Assembly: GCA_051362555.1 (NCBI GenBank)
Contig: CM120640.1
Span: forward strand, 26,026,225-26,090,224
Length of the DNA: 64,000 nt
From: Lingula anatina
Lineage: Eukaryota > Animalia > Brachiopoda
Direction: 5' to 3'
Shown: positions 26,150-40,100 of the stretch, piece by piece
Layout: the number at the start of each line of letters is the position of its first letter
Numbering within the stretch: position 1 is the first letter of the stretch
Notes under the pieces: model-generated
Told to the model about the DNA's origin: nothing
Seen by the model: the letters and a program-made list of their open reading frames with translations, nothing else
Database searches by the model: none
Translations under genes and position numbers: made by a program

Positions 26150-29100
26150 TATCCACAAACCCATGTATTAAGTAATGTGGAAGTGCAAATTTCTTTTAAT
26201 GCAGAAAGATCTTTGGGGACAAAATGCTACATGAGAGATTGTCTATGTCTGGTATGAACTTGAAATCAGTTGTTAAAAAATGAATGGGAAAACTTGAATG
26301 GCTTTGACTTATTTACTCATATGCAGTCCCACAATGCACGAGATAGAGCTGTTCGCTTTCGCTGCTGTCAAATGATCAACAAGTTGCTGAACAACCTTGG
26401 TGAAGATGCCCAGATAGATGATGACCTCTATGACAAAATCTACAACAGCATGCTGCAGAGGCTGAAGGACAAGTTCCCCATAGTAAGAGTGCAGGCAGTT
26501 ATGGCTGTTGCCAGACTTCAGGATCCCACAGATCAGGACTGCCCTGTTATAGATGGTGAGTAAATGTTTACCCAAATTAGAATGATTGAAGAAAGAATGC
26601 TGAAAATTGTTTATATCATCAATCTGCATTATATGACTTGCATGGTTGAGTTTAGCCATTGTGCCTCTGAAAAAAAATAGAAAATAGTTCTTAAGTATGG
26701 TTATAGTTTGCACACTAAATTTTAAGTTCAAGAGATTTACGTTTTATATTGTCTTTGAATTATATTCAAACATAATCTCTATGCTGATATAAAAGTATTG
26801 ATGAATGTCTATGTTTCTTCTAGCTTACCTGTTCCTACTGAGTTCTGACCCCAACCCAGATGTGCGCAGGGCTGTGCTGCAGAACATAGCCGCCTCCACC
26901 AAGACCTTGCCGCACATCATTGAGCGCACGAGAGATGTCAAGGACACTGTCAGGAAGCTGGCGTACCAAGTTCTGGCAGAGAAGATTCACATCAGGGCCT
27001 TGACTATTGCACAGAGGGTGAAACTGCTGCAGGACGGCCTCAATGACAGAGCAGGTTGGTGTTTATGGCTACATATAATTGGATGTGAATTTCCTCTATT
27101 TGATTCCCTCATTCTATCCTGACCCTACATCTAAGTATAATAAAGATGATATTGTCAACTTTTTTCATATGCTCAAGGTCATTTAAATCCTTATCAGCAT
27201 TTTTAAACAAAAATATTAACGGTATGAAGCTATATGGCAAATTGTTCAATATATATATATTCCTAAAATTATTTATTTTTGAAAGTTTAAAACCAGAAAA
27301 CAGTATTCAAATCCCATTGAAAGATGAAATAAGTGGTCATTCCATCCCACTTTGTATTCCAGACATGGTGAAAGAGGCCTGCAGCAGTAAACTCCTGCAG
27401 TCCTGGCTGAGAGCCTTTGAGGGCAATGTTCTGGAACTCCTCAAGTGTCTGGATGTGGAGAACTCTCTGAAGGTGGTGGAGCAGACTCTCAGTGCCCTCT
27501 TCCAGAAAGTGCCAGCTGCTGAGCTGGTGCAGAACTTTGACCAGTTGAATGAGGAGTGAGTATAGAGATGTGCATTGAACAGGATTTTCTTTGTAAGGTC
27601 TGCCTTGAATGATGGGGTTTAGTTCGCATAGGAGAAGACCATAAGCATCAAGAGTGACCAAAAGATTAGGATTGGTGAAATTATAAGAGTTGGCCAATTT
27701 GTACAAAGTAATTATAATTATTGGCTGATATTTTAAAGAATCGTACTGGTTGTAATTAGCCATTCAACACAATAAATATGTGTGGCATCTTTTTTGTTCA
27801 CCCACAGTGTACAGTTTAAACATACAAAAATGTAACTATTGTTCTGTATTCCAGGCTGGTGTTGCCTACAGAATCCCTAAGCTGTGAGAGTGTATACTAC
27901 TGGCATGGTTTGTGCAAACACCTAGCAGGACTGGGGGAGAGTGGTGAGGAACAGCTGGAGATGGTGCTGCCACCTGCTGTCAAGTTTTGTGATTACATAC
28001 ACAAGTTAGTGTGGTATTTTATGGATACCTAGGCTGTATATGAATAGAGTTTTAGATTACTTGAGTAAGATAAAAAAAAAATAAATGGTAGTCACCATAG
28101 TTGTTCTAAAAATCTTAAAAGGACCTAGAGCTTAAAAGAAAAATACTTTATCAGACATTCTAGTTCAGTATATTTTCACAAAGGATAGGTAATATAGTAA
28201 GGGATGTTAATTATTGGCCATGATTGTAGTATGGGGGATATTACAGAGTGGGTCCATCTTTGATTTCTTCAGATTTATTGAGGACACCAAGGATGTTGAT
28301 GATGAAGAAGAGCAGTTGAGAAATGAATTTATTGCCCAGCAGTTGCTCACCATGACAGGGCTACTGGATATCTCAGATGAGATGGGGAGGTAAATAACAG
28401 TGTTTTTTTTTAATGGGCATTGTGTTGATATGTTAAGAAAAGAGAAAAACACTGAGTCAGATTTCAGTAATTTATTGTAGTATGAATTATTAGTGTAAGG
28501 ATTAATTTATATTTGAAAAATGGCATTATGTATTTGATGTGAAAAGTTCACTAATGTGCAATGCACTTCATGTTATAAATTGCAAAACATTAATGTAGTT
28601 GATTGTCAATCAATCTGCATATTGTCCTTTTGCATTTTGCAGGAAAAGTGTGTTCAAGCTTGTTCATGACCTGTTGGTGCTGCCCCACGTCAACTACACC
28701 TTGGTGAAACCACTGGTTACCAGGCTGAACCAGCTCCAGACCAATGAAGATACCAGGATTGCCACACTGGTGGAGATCATATCAGATATCAGGGAACCAA
28801 TCACCACAAAAACTCAGGAACTAAGCAAGGAGGAGAGGAGGCAGATTGATCTCAAGGTTAGAAGATGGATGTGTTGGGAATTGATAAAATGAACTGATCC
28901 GTGTTAAAGAGCACTATCCATTGAAGTTATTTAAGTTTTCTGGTTTTCCCCAGCATGTGGAAAAGGTACAAAAAGCAAACCAAGAAATGTAAGTCAAGAA
29001 ATGTTTAAATTTTTTCCAACTGTTTTTCTCAACCATTATAAACAGTACAGTCCGTCAGAAAGTGGTGTAACACATGCCATGACATCAGGCGTTTGTCTCC

Positions 29101-32100
29101 ATGTGAACCACCTTGAGCATGAAAACTGTTTGCAAAGTCTACAATAACATTTCAGGTTGCTAGTATCCGTGTAGAGTTGAACCAACTCCGTGATCAGCTT
29201 GACCAGTGTGTCCAGCAGCAGGAGTTTGAGAAGGCAGCTGAGATCAAGAGTAAGGTCAGTGACCTCCAGACCAGCAAGGCCTCCCTCATAGACTCCATGC
29301 TGCCCACAACACAGGAGGTGCGAGAGGAGAAGGTACGTAAATTGAGATATTTCTGTTAACTTTGTTGTTGCCATTGTTGTCATCCTCCTTGTTAATTTCC
29401 ATAACTATTCATTTTCCTGAAATATGACAAAATTTCCTTTGGTTGGTTATTGTTTAATACTTATGTGTTTTATACAAGTTTTTATTTGTCAACATCTAAA
29501 ATCATGTCAAGAGAAATATCAAAACAACCTACACAGGACAGTATTGTCGGTGTGAAGATGCTAATGTGTTGTCTATAGGGAAATTATTTTACATGTGACA
29601 TATTTTGTTTTGAAATGTTTCAGAATGATGCTGCAACTCTGCTGAAGTGTATGACCATCGCTGGTGAACTGCTGCAGGGCCTGACTATCAGAGAGCTGAC
29701 CCCAGTGCTGCAGACACTCATTGAAAGTCTGGTGAGGATAGGGAATGTGTGGGGGGAAACTGAAATATGTTGATATTCCTTATTTTGTGAAAGGGGTTAT
29801 CAGCTCTTAATGGCTTTGATGAAACGTATTTATGAAGGACTGCTTTAGTGGCATTTGTTGATGTTAATGATGTTAATTCTAAAAAAGAAAATGTTAAATT
29901 CGATATCATTAGATTAAGTTAAGTTGATACTTCTAGGCCCCTGGACTTTGAAAAATAAATGATGAGTGCATATTCCACATCTTGGGGGGGGGGGGATGAA
30001 AGAATACTGGACTTGCTCAGGTTTATATTTCCTATTTCAGATCCTGCCTGGCTTCCAGAATGAAGACCCAGCAGTAAGGAATGCTGCGGTGCGTGCTCTG
30101 GGTCTGTGCTGTATTATAAGCAAGGAAGCTGCTAGATCTCACCTAGTTCTATTTATACAGGTATGATTGTCAATTGAACAGATGTTTGAAATCCTTTCAA
30201 AAATGAAAAACAGATTTTCTTTCCAAGTGTGACTCATCGATTGTAAAAGTATGTTTGTATAAAAACTTTACATGACAATGGCAGTTTATCTTATAAAGTA
30301 ACCAGTGTGACTTGCTGCATTTGAAGTTCAGCATCCTGTGTTTAGAAGCAGCCGTTGTTTAATCATGAGCATAACACTGAAACTAAATGATAGGATTTTT
30401 CTACTAGGTTTCCCAAGTTGATCAGGAAACGGTTAAGATTACAGCTCTCAAAGTGATATTTGACTTGCTGCACATCTTTGGTTTGGAGGCCTTTGATGTG
30501 CAAGAGAATGAAAACACAACACAGGATATTGACCAGACTAAAGACAGCAACAGTGACAGTAGAGTGACCCAGGAGAATTCTGAGGTCTCAGTTGTTGAGG
30601 GAGAGGAGAAGGAAGAGGAGGCAGATGACCAGAGCAAGAATACTAGCATTGCAGCCTCTCTTGTCACCATCTTGTTGGGTTTGCTTGACAGTGAGGTGGG
30701 CATGGCTACAATGTAGCTTTCTGTAGCCATTTGTAAATGTGTATGCTGTGTGTAAAGTTGTCTTTTATTTATTGCAGTATTTTTCAAGTAATTTAAGTGA
30801 TTTTCCCCGATTACAGATATTGCAAAACAATTGATCCTACAGTCTCAGGCCAATAATAATCCTTTGGGACTAGAAAAATACTGAGGTCAAGTCAGTCCTA
30901 TTGACATGGAGTGTATCTGATCAATTGAATAAATAGTACTTTATTTATAAGCAATTTTTCACCCGGGCTGACAGTGTTCTGGAGTTTGTGAAACACATTA
31001 AAATGATATATTTGACTCATTTCTGTAAATAGCTCAACGTATTTTTCAGAGCTCTGACATGAGGACAGCCACAGCTGAGGGTCTGGCCAAACTTCTGCTA
31101 TCTGGACGCATGGTGTCGGCCAAACTTCTCTCCCGCCTGCTGCTGCTGTGGTTTAACCCTGTAACAGAGGATGACTCACACCTTCGACATTGCCTGGGGA
31201 CCTTCTTCCCAGTGTTTGCTTTTGCTGGAAGGTAACATATTAACCCTTTGTTGGTGCATTGGCCAGAAATTCAAAGACTCCTGTTGTGTCACATTCCCTG
31301 TACTAATGAAAATACAAAAAAAAATATTGTTACAGCAGTGTAATTGTTTGTGCTCTTATTTCTTTCTTTCCTCAGTGGGACTTTTAAAAATCTTTTGATG
31401 TGATGGATACACAGTTTTTTGACACTCTGTTCTTTTGTTTCAGAACCAACCAGGAGATAGTTGAGCAGGCCTTCCTCCCTACTCTGAAGACCCTGTTCAA
31501 TGCCCCAGCCTCCAGTCCCCTGGCTGATGTTAATGTGAGTAGTGTGGCTGAGCTGATGACCCAGTTAACCAGTCATAAACACCTGCTACAGGCACCGCAT
31601 GGGGACACAGAGATACAGGTAATGAGATTAGAGGTAGAGATTAGAGTTTATTTTTAAAAAAATTGGCATTTTTTCCTTTTTTTATGTAACTGGGTCATGT
31701 TTTGCATTTTTTAACACCCTATTTAAAACCAAGGTATTGATATTAAATATAGTTTGTTTTGTTTTTGTTTTTTGTTTTTTGTTTTTTAACTTTGGACTGT
31801 ATGTCTTATTCCTTTACTGGACCCCCTTTTTTTTATCTAGGAGAGTTCTGTCCATGATAACCTTGCAGTGACAATCAGTAACGAGGTCCTCAGTGACCCC
31901 AACTCCTTCAATGTGCGCACCTTGGTGAAGGTGTTGAACCTGCTGGAGCTGAGCCCTGGGAACACCTCCAACCTCAAAGACCTGCAGGTGCTGGCTGACA
32001 GGATGCTGGAGGTAGGAAGGCAAAGATAGTACACATAGAGTCACAATTACACTGGGATAATCCATAGCAAATATTTGTTTAAAAAGTTCTCTCTTTTTTT

Positions 32101-32659
32101 TCTCTCCACTTCTTTAAAGTGCTTTATTCAACCATTGTTTCAAGTTTTAATGCATAACAATTGGGGTATTCTGTTTTACATATTTTTTATATAAATTCTG
32201 AGTTTATTTTGTTGAATCATGCTGAGAATTGCGCTCTCAGCAGATCATTTTTTATTTAAAGAGGAATGAACTTTTTTTTTTTATCATATCTTACATAAGA
32301 AGTTAAACTGAGGCATAATTTACTTGATATTCTAGGAAGTAAAGGAGAAACAGTGTGTCAAAGCCTTGGAGAAATTCCAGAAGAGTGTTTCCAATCTGCT
32401 GCAAGAAGAACAACTGGCTGTCCCAGTTGCAGAGGACACAGCTGCTGTAAATGAAACCGTGAATGATACAACTAACATCACCACAACAGACGCAGAGAAA
32501 CAGACAGAAGAATCTGCTGCTGCTGCTGAGAGCATCAGTCAAGTGGACAATGTTGTAACTGACCCTGTAGCAACAGAGATAGCTCAGCCATCTAAGCAGG
32601 TACACCATAAATATTATCATTTAAAATTGTTGTTAGAAGTAATGGATATAAAACCTTGG

Positions 32660-32700
<41 letters not shown>

Positions 32701-33595
32701 GTCAGATTAATCTTACTTTGCCTGTTTTTCTTGTTGTTTGCTTTCTTTGCTCAGTTTGAATAACTGGTTTTGCAGGTTGAAGACAACATTCCTGATTCAG
32801 AACTTCCTGCAGCAGATGCCCCATGTTCTACCACAACCAAAGGCAAGAAGAAAGGCAATCCCAAGACAGCTAATACACCTGGGACAGCCAAGAGGAGGAA
32901 GAATAAGGTTAAACAACAGGAAGAACAAGAGAATACTGACAGGTACAAAATTTGAGTGTGATGACTAGTGTTCAAGATAGATTTAAGCAGTTTTGCTGCA
33001 GTATTTCAATCTTTTCACAGCAGTGTCAAACTGTTACATGCCCTGCCCCAGTCAGTGTTAGATCTTAATACGTGTGTTTCATTTATTTATTTATTTTTTT
33101 TTTTTCAAAGTTTTGTCGTTTTACTTCATATTGCCATGCAGGGAGGAGAGGATGCTCAATTTATAAAATCATTTACTAAGAGAAAAAAATTGTTTCCAGT
33201 GACACAGAAAACACAGTAGAAGCAAGTGTGTTTGCTTCTCCGTCTCCTACCCTCAAACCTATCAGAAGACGGGTTCCAAGAAAGGCATCAGTCAAGAAGA
33301 TAGTGAACTTTAGTGACTGTTTATCCGAAAGTGAAAGTGAAAATGAAACTGCTGCAAAAGGAAGAACAAGGTAAATGAAGATAAGAAAATTAAAACCTTG
33401 CCAAGTGTTACTAGAGGACATATTTGGATATCACATTTATTTTAAATATTCTTGAAAATAAAACTTCATGCAGATGTTTGAAGTATTTTTGAATACAAAA
33501 CTTCATGTAAATGTTACATCAAGCCACGTGTTTCTCATTATTTTAGATCTTCAAGAAACCAAGCTTTGAGTGACATAGAAAACACAGTTTCATAG
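25319..33595 (+). CDS. NCAPG: Condensin complex subunit 3 (CAP-G), HEAT-repeat protein, about 1114 aa
   Basis: Exons 25319-25420, 25807-26043, 26327-26555, 26824-27054, 27363-27555, 27855-28004, 28273-28389, 28643-28856, 29156-29332, 29624-29731, 30041-30160, 30408-30695, 31050-31231, 31444-31618, 31841-32011, 32336-32599, 32776-32942, 33200-33370, 33547-33595 sum to 3345 nt in frame. CAP-G motifs: KREPAVER, AVRFRCCQMINKLL, RLKDKFPIVRVQAV..RLQDP, DPNPDVRRAVL, RTRDVKDTVRKLAY, AEGLAKLLL, LLLLWFNP..LRHCLGTFFP. Confidence 0.96.
26108..26147. repeat. Poly-T followed by poly-G homopolymer tract
   Basis: T-run followed by about 20 consecutive G in an NCAPG intron. Confidence 0.85.
32661..32695. repeat. 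Poly-T tract
   Basis: About 35 consecutive T; similar tracts at about 21443-21470 and 18156-18172. Confidence 0.9.
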
Positions 33596-34011
33596 GGGAA
33601 TGCAACCTAATCTCGGGAGTCATCACAGTTTTCAAGAACTTGAGAGACTTCATAAAAATGGCTTTAAAACGTTTTGCATTATACATCTGTATTATGAGGG
33701 ATGAGAAATTGATTTTTGTTGAAGTAATTACATAGCTAAAATTTACTACACACCTTACATAATTAGCAAAGACAGTCATTCAAATTTGGTACTGATGAAG
33801 TAAAAAAGCCTTTAAAATTGTTAAGTATCACAATTGTCAATTTTAAAGCTTTTTATTACTGCAAATAATGTGGTGGAGTTTCTGTAAAAAAGAACTTATT
33901 AGATCTGAATTTTGGAACAACTGAGTGCAGTTAAAAGTGTGTCCTCCTGGAACTCTGAACAAAATGCATTTTTTTTTTATAAATGTAGCCTGAAACCAAT
34001 GTTTAACATTG

Positions 34012-34017
34012 AATAAA
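34012..34017 (+). terminator. Candidate polyadenylation signal of NCAPG
   Basis: AATAAA about 420 nt after the stop codon, followed by T/GT-rich sequence. Confidence 0.5.
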
Positions 34018-35371
34018 ATCTTAGATGATTGCATTTTGTATATGCTTTTAGTTAAGAAATTTTAATATGCATGGTGTTTTAAGTGTATAGTGTGTAAAAA
34101 GGACAATGTTGAAATTATCTATCCACTCATAGAACCTCCATTACTAGAGTTCAACCCCCTTAAAATAATTGACTCTTAGTCTAGATCCATAAGTATGTTA
34201 CATTATATTTATCACATCATTTGACTTCCTGATAAACTGTGAACAAATTAACACTTGGGCATTTTTAATTGTTTTCAATGTTTGAAAGAACACTTTGAAA
34301 CCATCTGTTAAACTATAACATACTCAAAACAAAAGCAGATAATTTTGCTACAAAACAGGTTGTATTTACAAGCTTTTTTACTGTGCACAAATGTGCCACT
34401 ATGTAAACTGGAATATACAAACTATACACAATATACAATCTATGTTATACAAATCTACAGTATTGTCCACATATTCAACTTGATGACAACTGATCATCAA
34501 TAACAATCACAATTAAGAACTTAATCTTTCTGCTCTTTCATCTGTTATGTCATCTTTTACCACAAAACAAAACCTTATAACATGTTTTTTGGTCATTTTC
34601 ACATTTTTCTATCAAATAACTGTCAATAAATAACACCAGATGTGGTGTAGTTCTTACCATTAGGTTTTATCGGTTTTTGTCAAGAAAATTAACCACTCTT
34701 AAATGATACTTTTACCAATCTTGCAAACAAATCACCAAAAAGCTGTCACTTAATCACTTGTCAGAGATGTAATATTCATTGTATAAGCATTAATTATTTA
34801 CTTAGATCATATCTATTGTATACAACTTCCAATAATCTTTTTTTTTAGGCATTAGTAAATATTATCTAAAATCTGTTATCTTGCTCTTGAATACTTTATA
34901 TTGGTATGAAAGGTCACAATTCATACAGCTCTACCATACTAGGATCATGACAACTGATTTAAGGTACAAAACATTAACTGATGTCCAGTATGAATCAAAA
35001 CTGTGCCAGACTCCTTTTTTACTATCTTCTGATTTCATCTTTTCCCCATCCTTTGCCTGCAACTGATGTTTTTGTCCAGAACTTCTGAACTAGTCATGCC
35101 CTACGGCACCTACAAAAGTAAAAGTATGTGTGAGACAGAAATAGTCACTATCCAAGGTGAATAACACGTATAATGAGTAAAAGAATTATATTGCAGGAAG
35201 TAAACCCAAAACCACCCCACAACACTCAGGTGAAATCAGCTGACAGTAGAAGGCACACAAGATATGCAAAACAACCACAAGAAATACCAGTAAATAAAAT
35301 GAAAATTAGAGACAATACTCATTGGTAGCAATTATATGGAAACTGACTCATAGAGAAGCATAAAAACTTAA

Positions 35372-37169
35372 TCAGTCTAAGGATAAAGCAGTAAAATCTT
35401 GAGAGTCTACAGTCCTGGTTTTCTTTGCAACAGCACATTTTTCTCCAGAGGCCTCTTGTAGTTTTGAACTGCTATTTACTTGAAGGTCATACTTTTTAAT
35501 CACCTCTTTAAAGGGGCAACTATCAGTGCTACCATCACTTTCACAGAAATCTTTAGATGGAGATATATTGATATTTATAGTCATTCTGTTTACCTCAGCT
35601 TTCATTTCAGATGGCAGCAGCCTCTGCTCTAGTTCACCATAGCGCGTGTCTCCAATCTCAAGTTCCGGGACATACGGCTCCTTCTTCAGTTCAGCAGAGT
35701 AGTTTGGTAGCAGCTTGGAATAGGTGTACTTCTCCATAGGATAGAGTTGTTTTTTCTTGCGTTCACGTGTACTGTGGCGTGTTGAAACTTTATTTTTGGA
35801 CTGATCACCTTCAGCAGCCAGTTGATCAAGATGCTGGATCTTGAACTTTAAAGCACGGACAATGGAACTGTCCTCTTTTTCTTGATGTTTTCCCCCTGGA
35901 GTCTCAGTCTGGTTTTCAAAGTACCTTTTACGTTTGGTGTAGTTCTCCCATTTTTGTTCTTCCTCCGTTGTTGGATTAACACTGCGCATCTCCAATTTCT
36001 GGGTCACTGTGGCTTGGACTATCATGTCTGGATCATTGGGATCATGAAAATGTTGCTTGAACAGTCTCACAGTGAAAAACTCGCAACATGTGGTGCACTG
36101 AACACACTGGGAGTTCTTCATTTTATACAGGTGAAGGTAAAGGTCCCCATCCTGAGAGCGCCCTCTCTGGTCATCTCTATGAACCGCATCCCTATGGACA
36201 ACCTCTAAGGGTTTCTGCTTCTCCATGGCCACTGTACATGGCTTCACCTCCCCATCACAAGCTATGACACGCTGGACCTCACAGCTTTCACCCACAGAGG
36301 TGTCATCCAGAGTTTCAATTTCCATTCGATCCTCAGGGTAGAAGGAGTAACAGTGATCAAGTTTTTGCTTTTGGGAGTCATGCTGAGGAGAGTGGCTAAA
36401 CTTTTTGTTTCTTGGAGACTGTCGTTTAGCATTGTGTAAATTCTTCATCTTTTCCTTTTCAATTCGGTGCCTTTCCTTCACCTCAACTGCTTTTAATTTC
36501 ATGGCTTTTAGTTTCAATTTCTGGAGGTCTCTTGTTGCTTTTACAAGCTTCATTTTCTCTAATTCAGCCTTTCTGGGGCGTCCTCTTGGAGGGGTGATGG
36601 GCACTATACCATCCGGCAACATGGCTGGGGTTTTCATTTTTTTATCATTTTCATCTTGGTTATTTAGTGAAGAGCCTGAACTTTTTAATGCAATTCTCCC
36701 CCTGCCAAACCCTTTTTTAGATCTCTTCTTTCCTCTGAGTTTTACCTTAAGTGCTGTGTCTTGAGGTGTTGGTGGTAGAATAAACTTTTGAAATTCTGAA
36801 CAAAATCCAGTGGTGTCTCCTTTAGAATCCAAAGATGCTTTACAATCTGTTGTTTGATCTCCCACAGGTGTATTTGTGCCTGTCAAACTACTAGGATCAA
36901 TACCACTTTGGTCCATAGCAGGAGGCTCAAAACCACATTTTTCAGTTTCTTCATGATCACTGGAGTCGGATGCACAACTGCCTTGTACCAGCTGGTCATA
37001 TCTAACACGTTTTCCACGTCTTGGACGTTCTAACCTGTTAGAGGGACAAGGCTCCTCTCTTTTTCTCTGCTTTTTGGGCTTGGTAATGTCAGTGGGTACT
37101 TTCTGGTTAGAGTCAGTAACTGCATCATTTTCCTCTGCTCCAGGATCACTATTCTTATCACCAGGTATA
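35372..37169 (-). CDS. Last coding exon of the Ski-like gene (AT-hook PRGRPRK, coiled coil, SAND-like Cys/His domain)
   Basis: 644-aa ORF; acceptor tttcag| before 37169; stop TGA ending at 35372. Confidence 0.85.
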
Positions 37170-40100
37170 CTGAAATGGAAAAAATATATGAAAATTTTAA
37201 GTTTTTGTAACGAAAAAAAATTGTTGATGTTATTTACCAACCACAGACTAAAACTGTCACTGTAAACTCCATGTGCCTGAAACTTTTCACTGTTGTAACA
37301 AAGCACTCCTGGTTCATACTGGTACGTGCCAAAATAACTGATATTCTCTGCTTGAAAAAATACACACTTCTTAAAAGAATTATCTACTTGTTACGTAAAT
37401 TGGAAAGCAATCAGATATCTACCAGGGCAGCTCAATAATAATATTCATTAATTATTTAACAGGTCACTCAAAATTTAATCAATTTCAAGTTAGCCCATTT
37501 CTAGCTTATCCTGAAAGTTTTATCTAAATCTGCCCACAACTTAATTAGTTAGGCAGTTAACAAGCAAAGCAATAAAGGCAAAAACATGAATACCTAGATT
37601 TTGGTACTTCTGCAATAAGCACATCATCTCCCTGCAGTTTGAAGTGGATTTTCTGTTTCTTGGCAGGCCCAGCACCCAGCGAGGAGTTTCTCTTCCTTGG
37701 CACAACATCTTTCATTTCCTTATCACTCTGTCCACCCTGTTCTGAACTACTGGGCATAGAGACCTCCTAAAGAAATGACATGAATACAAACATGTTGATT
37801 ACTTTAAAGATATAGTGGGTGCTCATCATTTATTTTTGACACAGGTACCAATATTATTTTATTTCTATTTGAGATTAATTTGGTTATTCTTTTTATCAAG
37901 AGCATTTGCTTTTGCATCTAGTAACTTTCTATAAAACAGAGAACCATGTTTACTTTTGTAGTTCATTTACAGCAGCGTAAAACAATGTCACCAGAATTAT
38001 TTTTTAAGAACCACAAAACCACAAGGAAAAACATCCGGTGTTCAGAGTTTGCAGTCTGTTAATCCAACCAACATTTATCTGCTCTTCCCAAAGAAGTCCT
38101 TGAACATACCCCTAATGCTTTTAGTTAAGTTTCTGGATGACCTTACCTCATCCACTTTAGTATCATTGTCAAGTTTCTCATCCCTGGATGATCGATGTAT
38201 TTTGGGCTGTGGGTTGACATAGAAACCAATCAGTTCTTCTGCTGTTGTCTTGGAAACTATAACGGTGCTCTTTGAAGGGGAAGCCCTGGCATATCGTATC
38301 AGGAAATCCCTCTGCATATCTGAACAATTCTTAATGGCAAGACCCATGGTAACACAGCGCTTCTTTAACAAACCAGTATCCTTGGCTGGCAAAGCCTGCT
38401 TGTGGATATCTACCAACCTGAAACCAAGCAGCAATTACCTCAACACACATCATTTCTATATTTACCCAGACAATCACTATACCACACCAAAACATGTTGA
38501 AATTTTTGTGCCAATTTCTACAAAGCACTTGAAATTAATGACAAGTTCATCAACAATGAACATACAGGGGTTCTGAAATAAGTCTTCTGAGGAATGAGGT
38601 TCCTCTGTAGAACATATCCAAGTTCTAAGCTCTTAAAAAGTGTGCATGAAATGTCTCACATAGACTATGAGCATACCTGACATGTGGCTCATTGTTGATC
38701 ATGAGAGCAGGGAAGGTATTCCAATACATGGTCACAGTGGTCAGCTCGGGCACGCTACTGTCCAGGCTCGTCTCTGGGGCTGCATTCCCACTCATATCTG
38801 GGAACAGTTCCGTCTTGTCCAGCATGCCACTCCCGGCAGCACCAGCCAGTCCCATGTGGGCCTGGTCAAAGTTCAGAGCAGCCACAGTAGCACTCTGGGG
38901 TTGAGGACGTCTGATGGGGCTGCTCTCTGCTAGAGCACTGAGTAGTTTCTCTCCCAGTGGTGTACCAAGATTTGTTGAAGTAGGTACCTCACCTGCTGAT
39001 GGTTTTACAGGGGATGCGTTGAGATCATTAAGCAACAAGTTCACGGTGTTCTGTGGTACACTAATGTACTCACTTGTTTGCACCTCTGCTAGGTCAAACA
39101 GCTGACCAGAGCTCCCTTGACTTAACACCCCTGTGACAGAACTGTCCACCAGGGATGTCTCCACTGAGGCTTGAAGTAGACCTGCAGAGGCCCCAGCAAC
39201 AGGGTCAATTAGCACCTCTGCTGTGGAGGAAGTTGCTTTGTCTACTTCATCTTCGGTTTGGACAGAATCAAGCTTTTCAACGACAATTCCTGACAATGGT
39301 GCATCAATATAGGCAGGTTTCACCACGTTTGACCCCACTGGCAGTGCAGAAGTATCTACAACTGTATCAAGGATACTACTCAATGTCGGGTCAGTAGACA
39401 TGAGAGCATCACTGTTCATATTGTTTAAGATTTCTTTGATTTCTTCAGCCGTTAAGCTTTTCAGAATTTCATCAATGTCCTGCTGCTGTTGTTGTTGTTG
39501 TTGTGGAATAGGTTGTGAGTGTGGCAACTTCTGCACAGGAGGAAAGCTTGCAGTTGTCACAGTCTCTGTGGTGATAAATGAGGTGTCCAAGGACGTATCA
39601 ACATCTGATATAGGTATGCCTCCCTCGGACATCATATATAACTCATCCACTAACTCAAACACGTCCTCCTTTCTCCCTGGTGACAGTCCGCCAGAGTTGT
39701 TTTGTTGTGGAGGCAGGAGAGAATCAGTCATGGACTTTGGTGGGCTAGCTATAGCTGTAGAGGGCGCCACCTGCACTGTGCTACTAGTTGTGGCTGGTAC
39801 CCACATTTTCCTGTAGAAGTCAACATCACCTGGGGCAATTTCATAAGCATTAGCATTCTGATTTTTATTCTTGTCCAGGTTGCGAGTTCGGCTTTTTATT
39901 TTCTTGGTTGCAAAATATATAAAGTGGTCCTGAAAGCTGCCACATATTTTAACCTTATTGTCAGCTTCTGCTTTTGCCTTGGCCTGTTTTGCAGCTTTTT
40001 CTTTGTTATTTTCCGTATCACTACTGTCAGATTTGCGAGGTTTCTTCCGTACATATTTCCTCTTTTTCCTCTCCCCTGAGCTGGCATCTTCAGGACTATC

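Noticed and set aside
29156-29332. UvrB/C-like coiled-coil motif (QQQEFEKAAEIKSKV) in NCAPG as a novel fusion
   Set aside because: A similar segment is recalled in vertebrate NCAPG, so it is a normal family feature.
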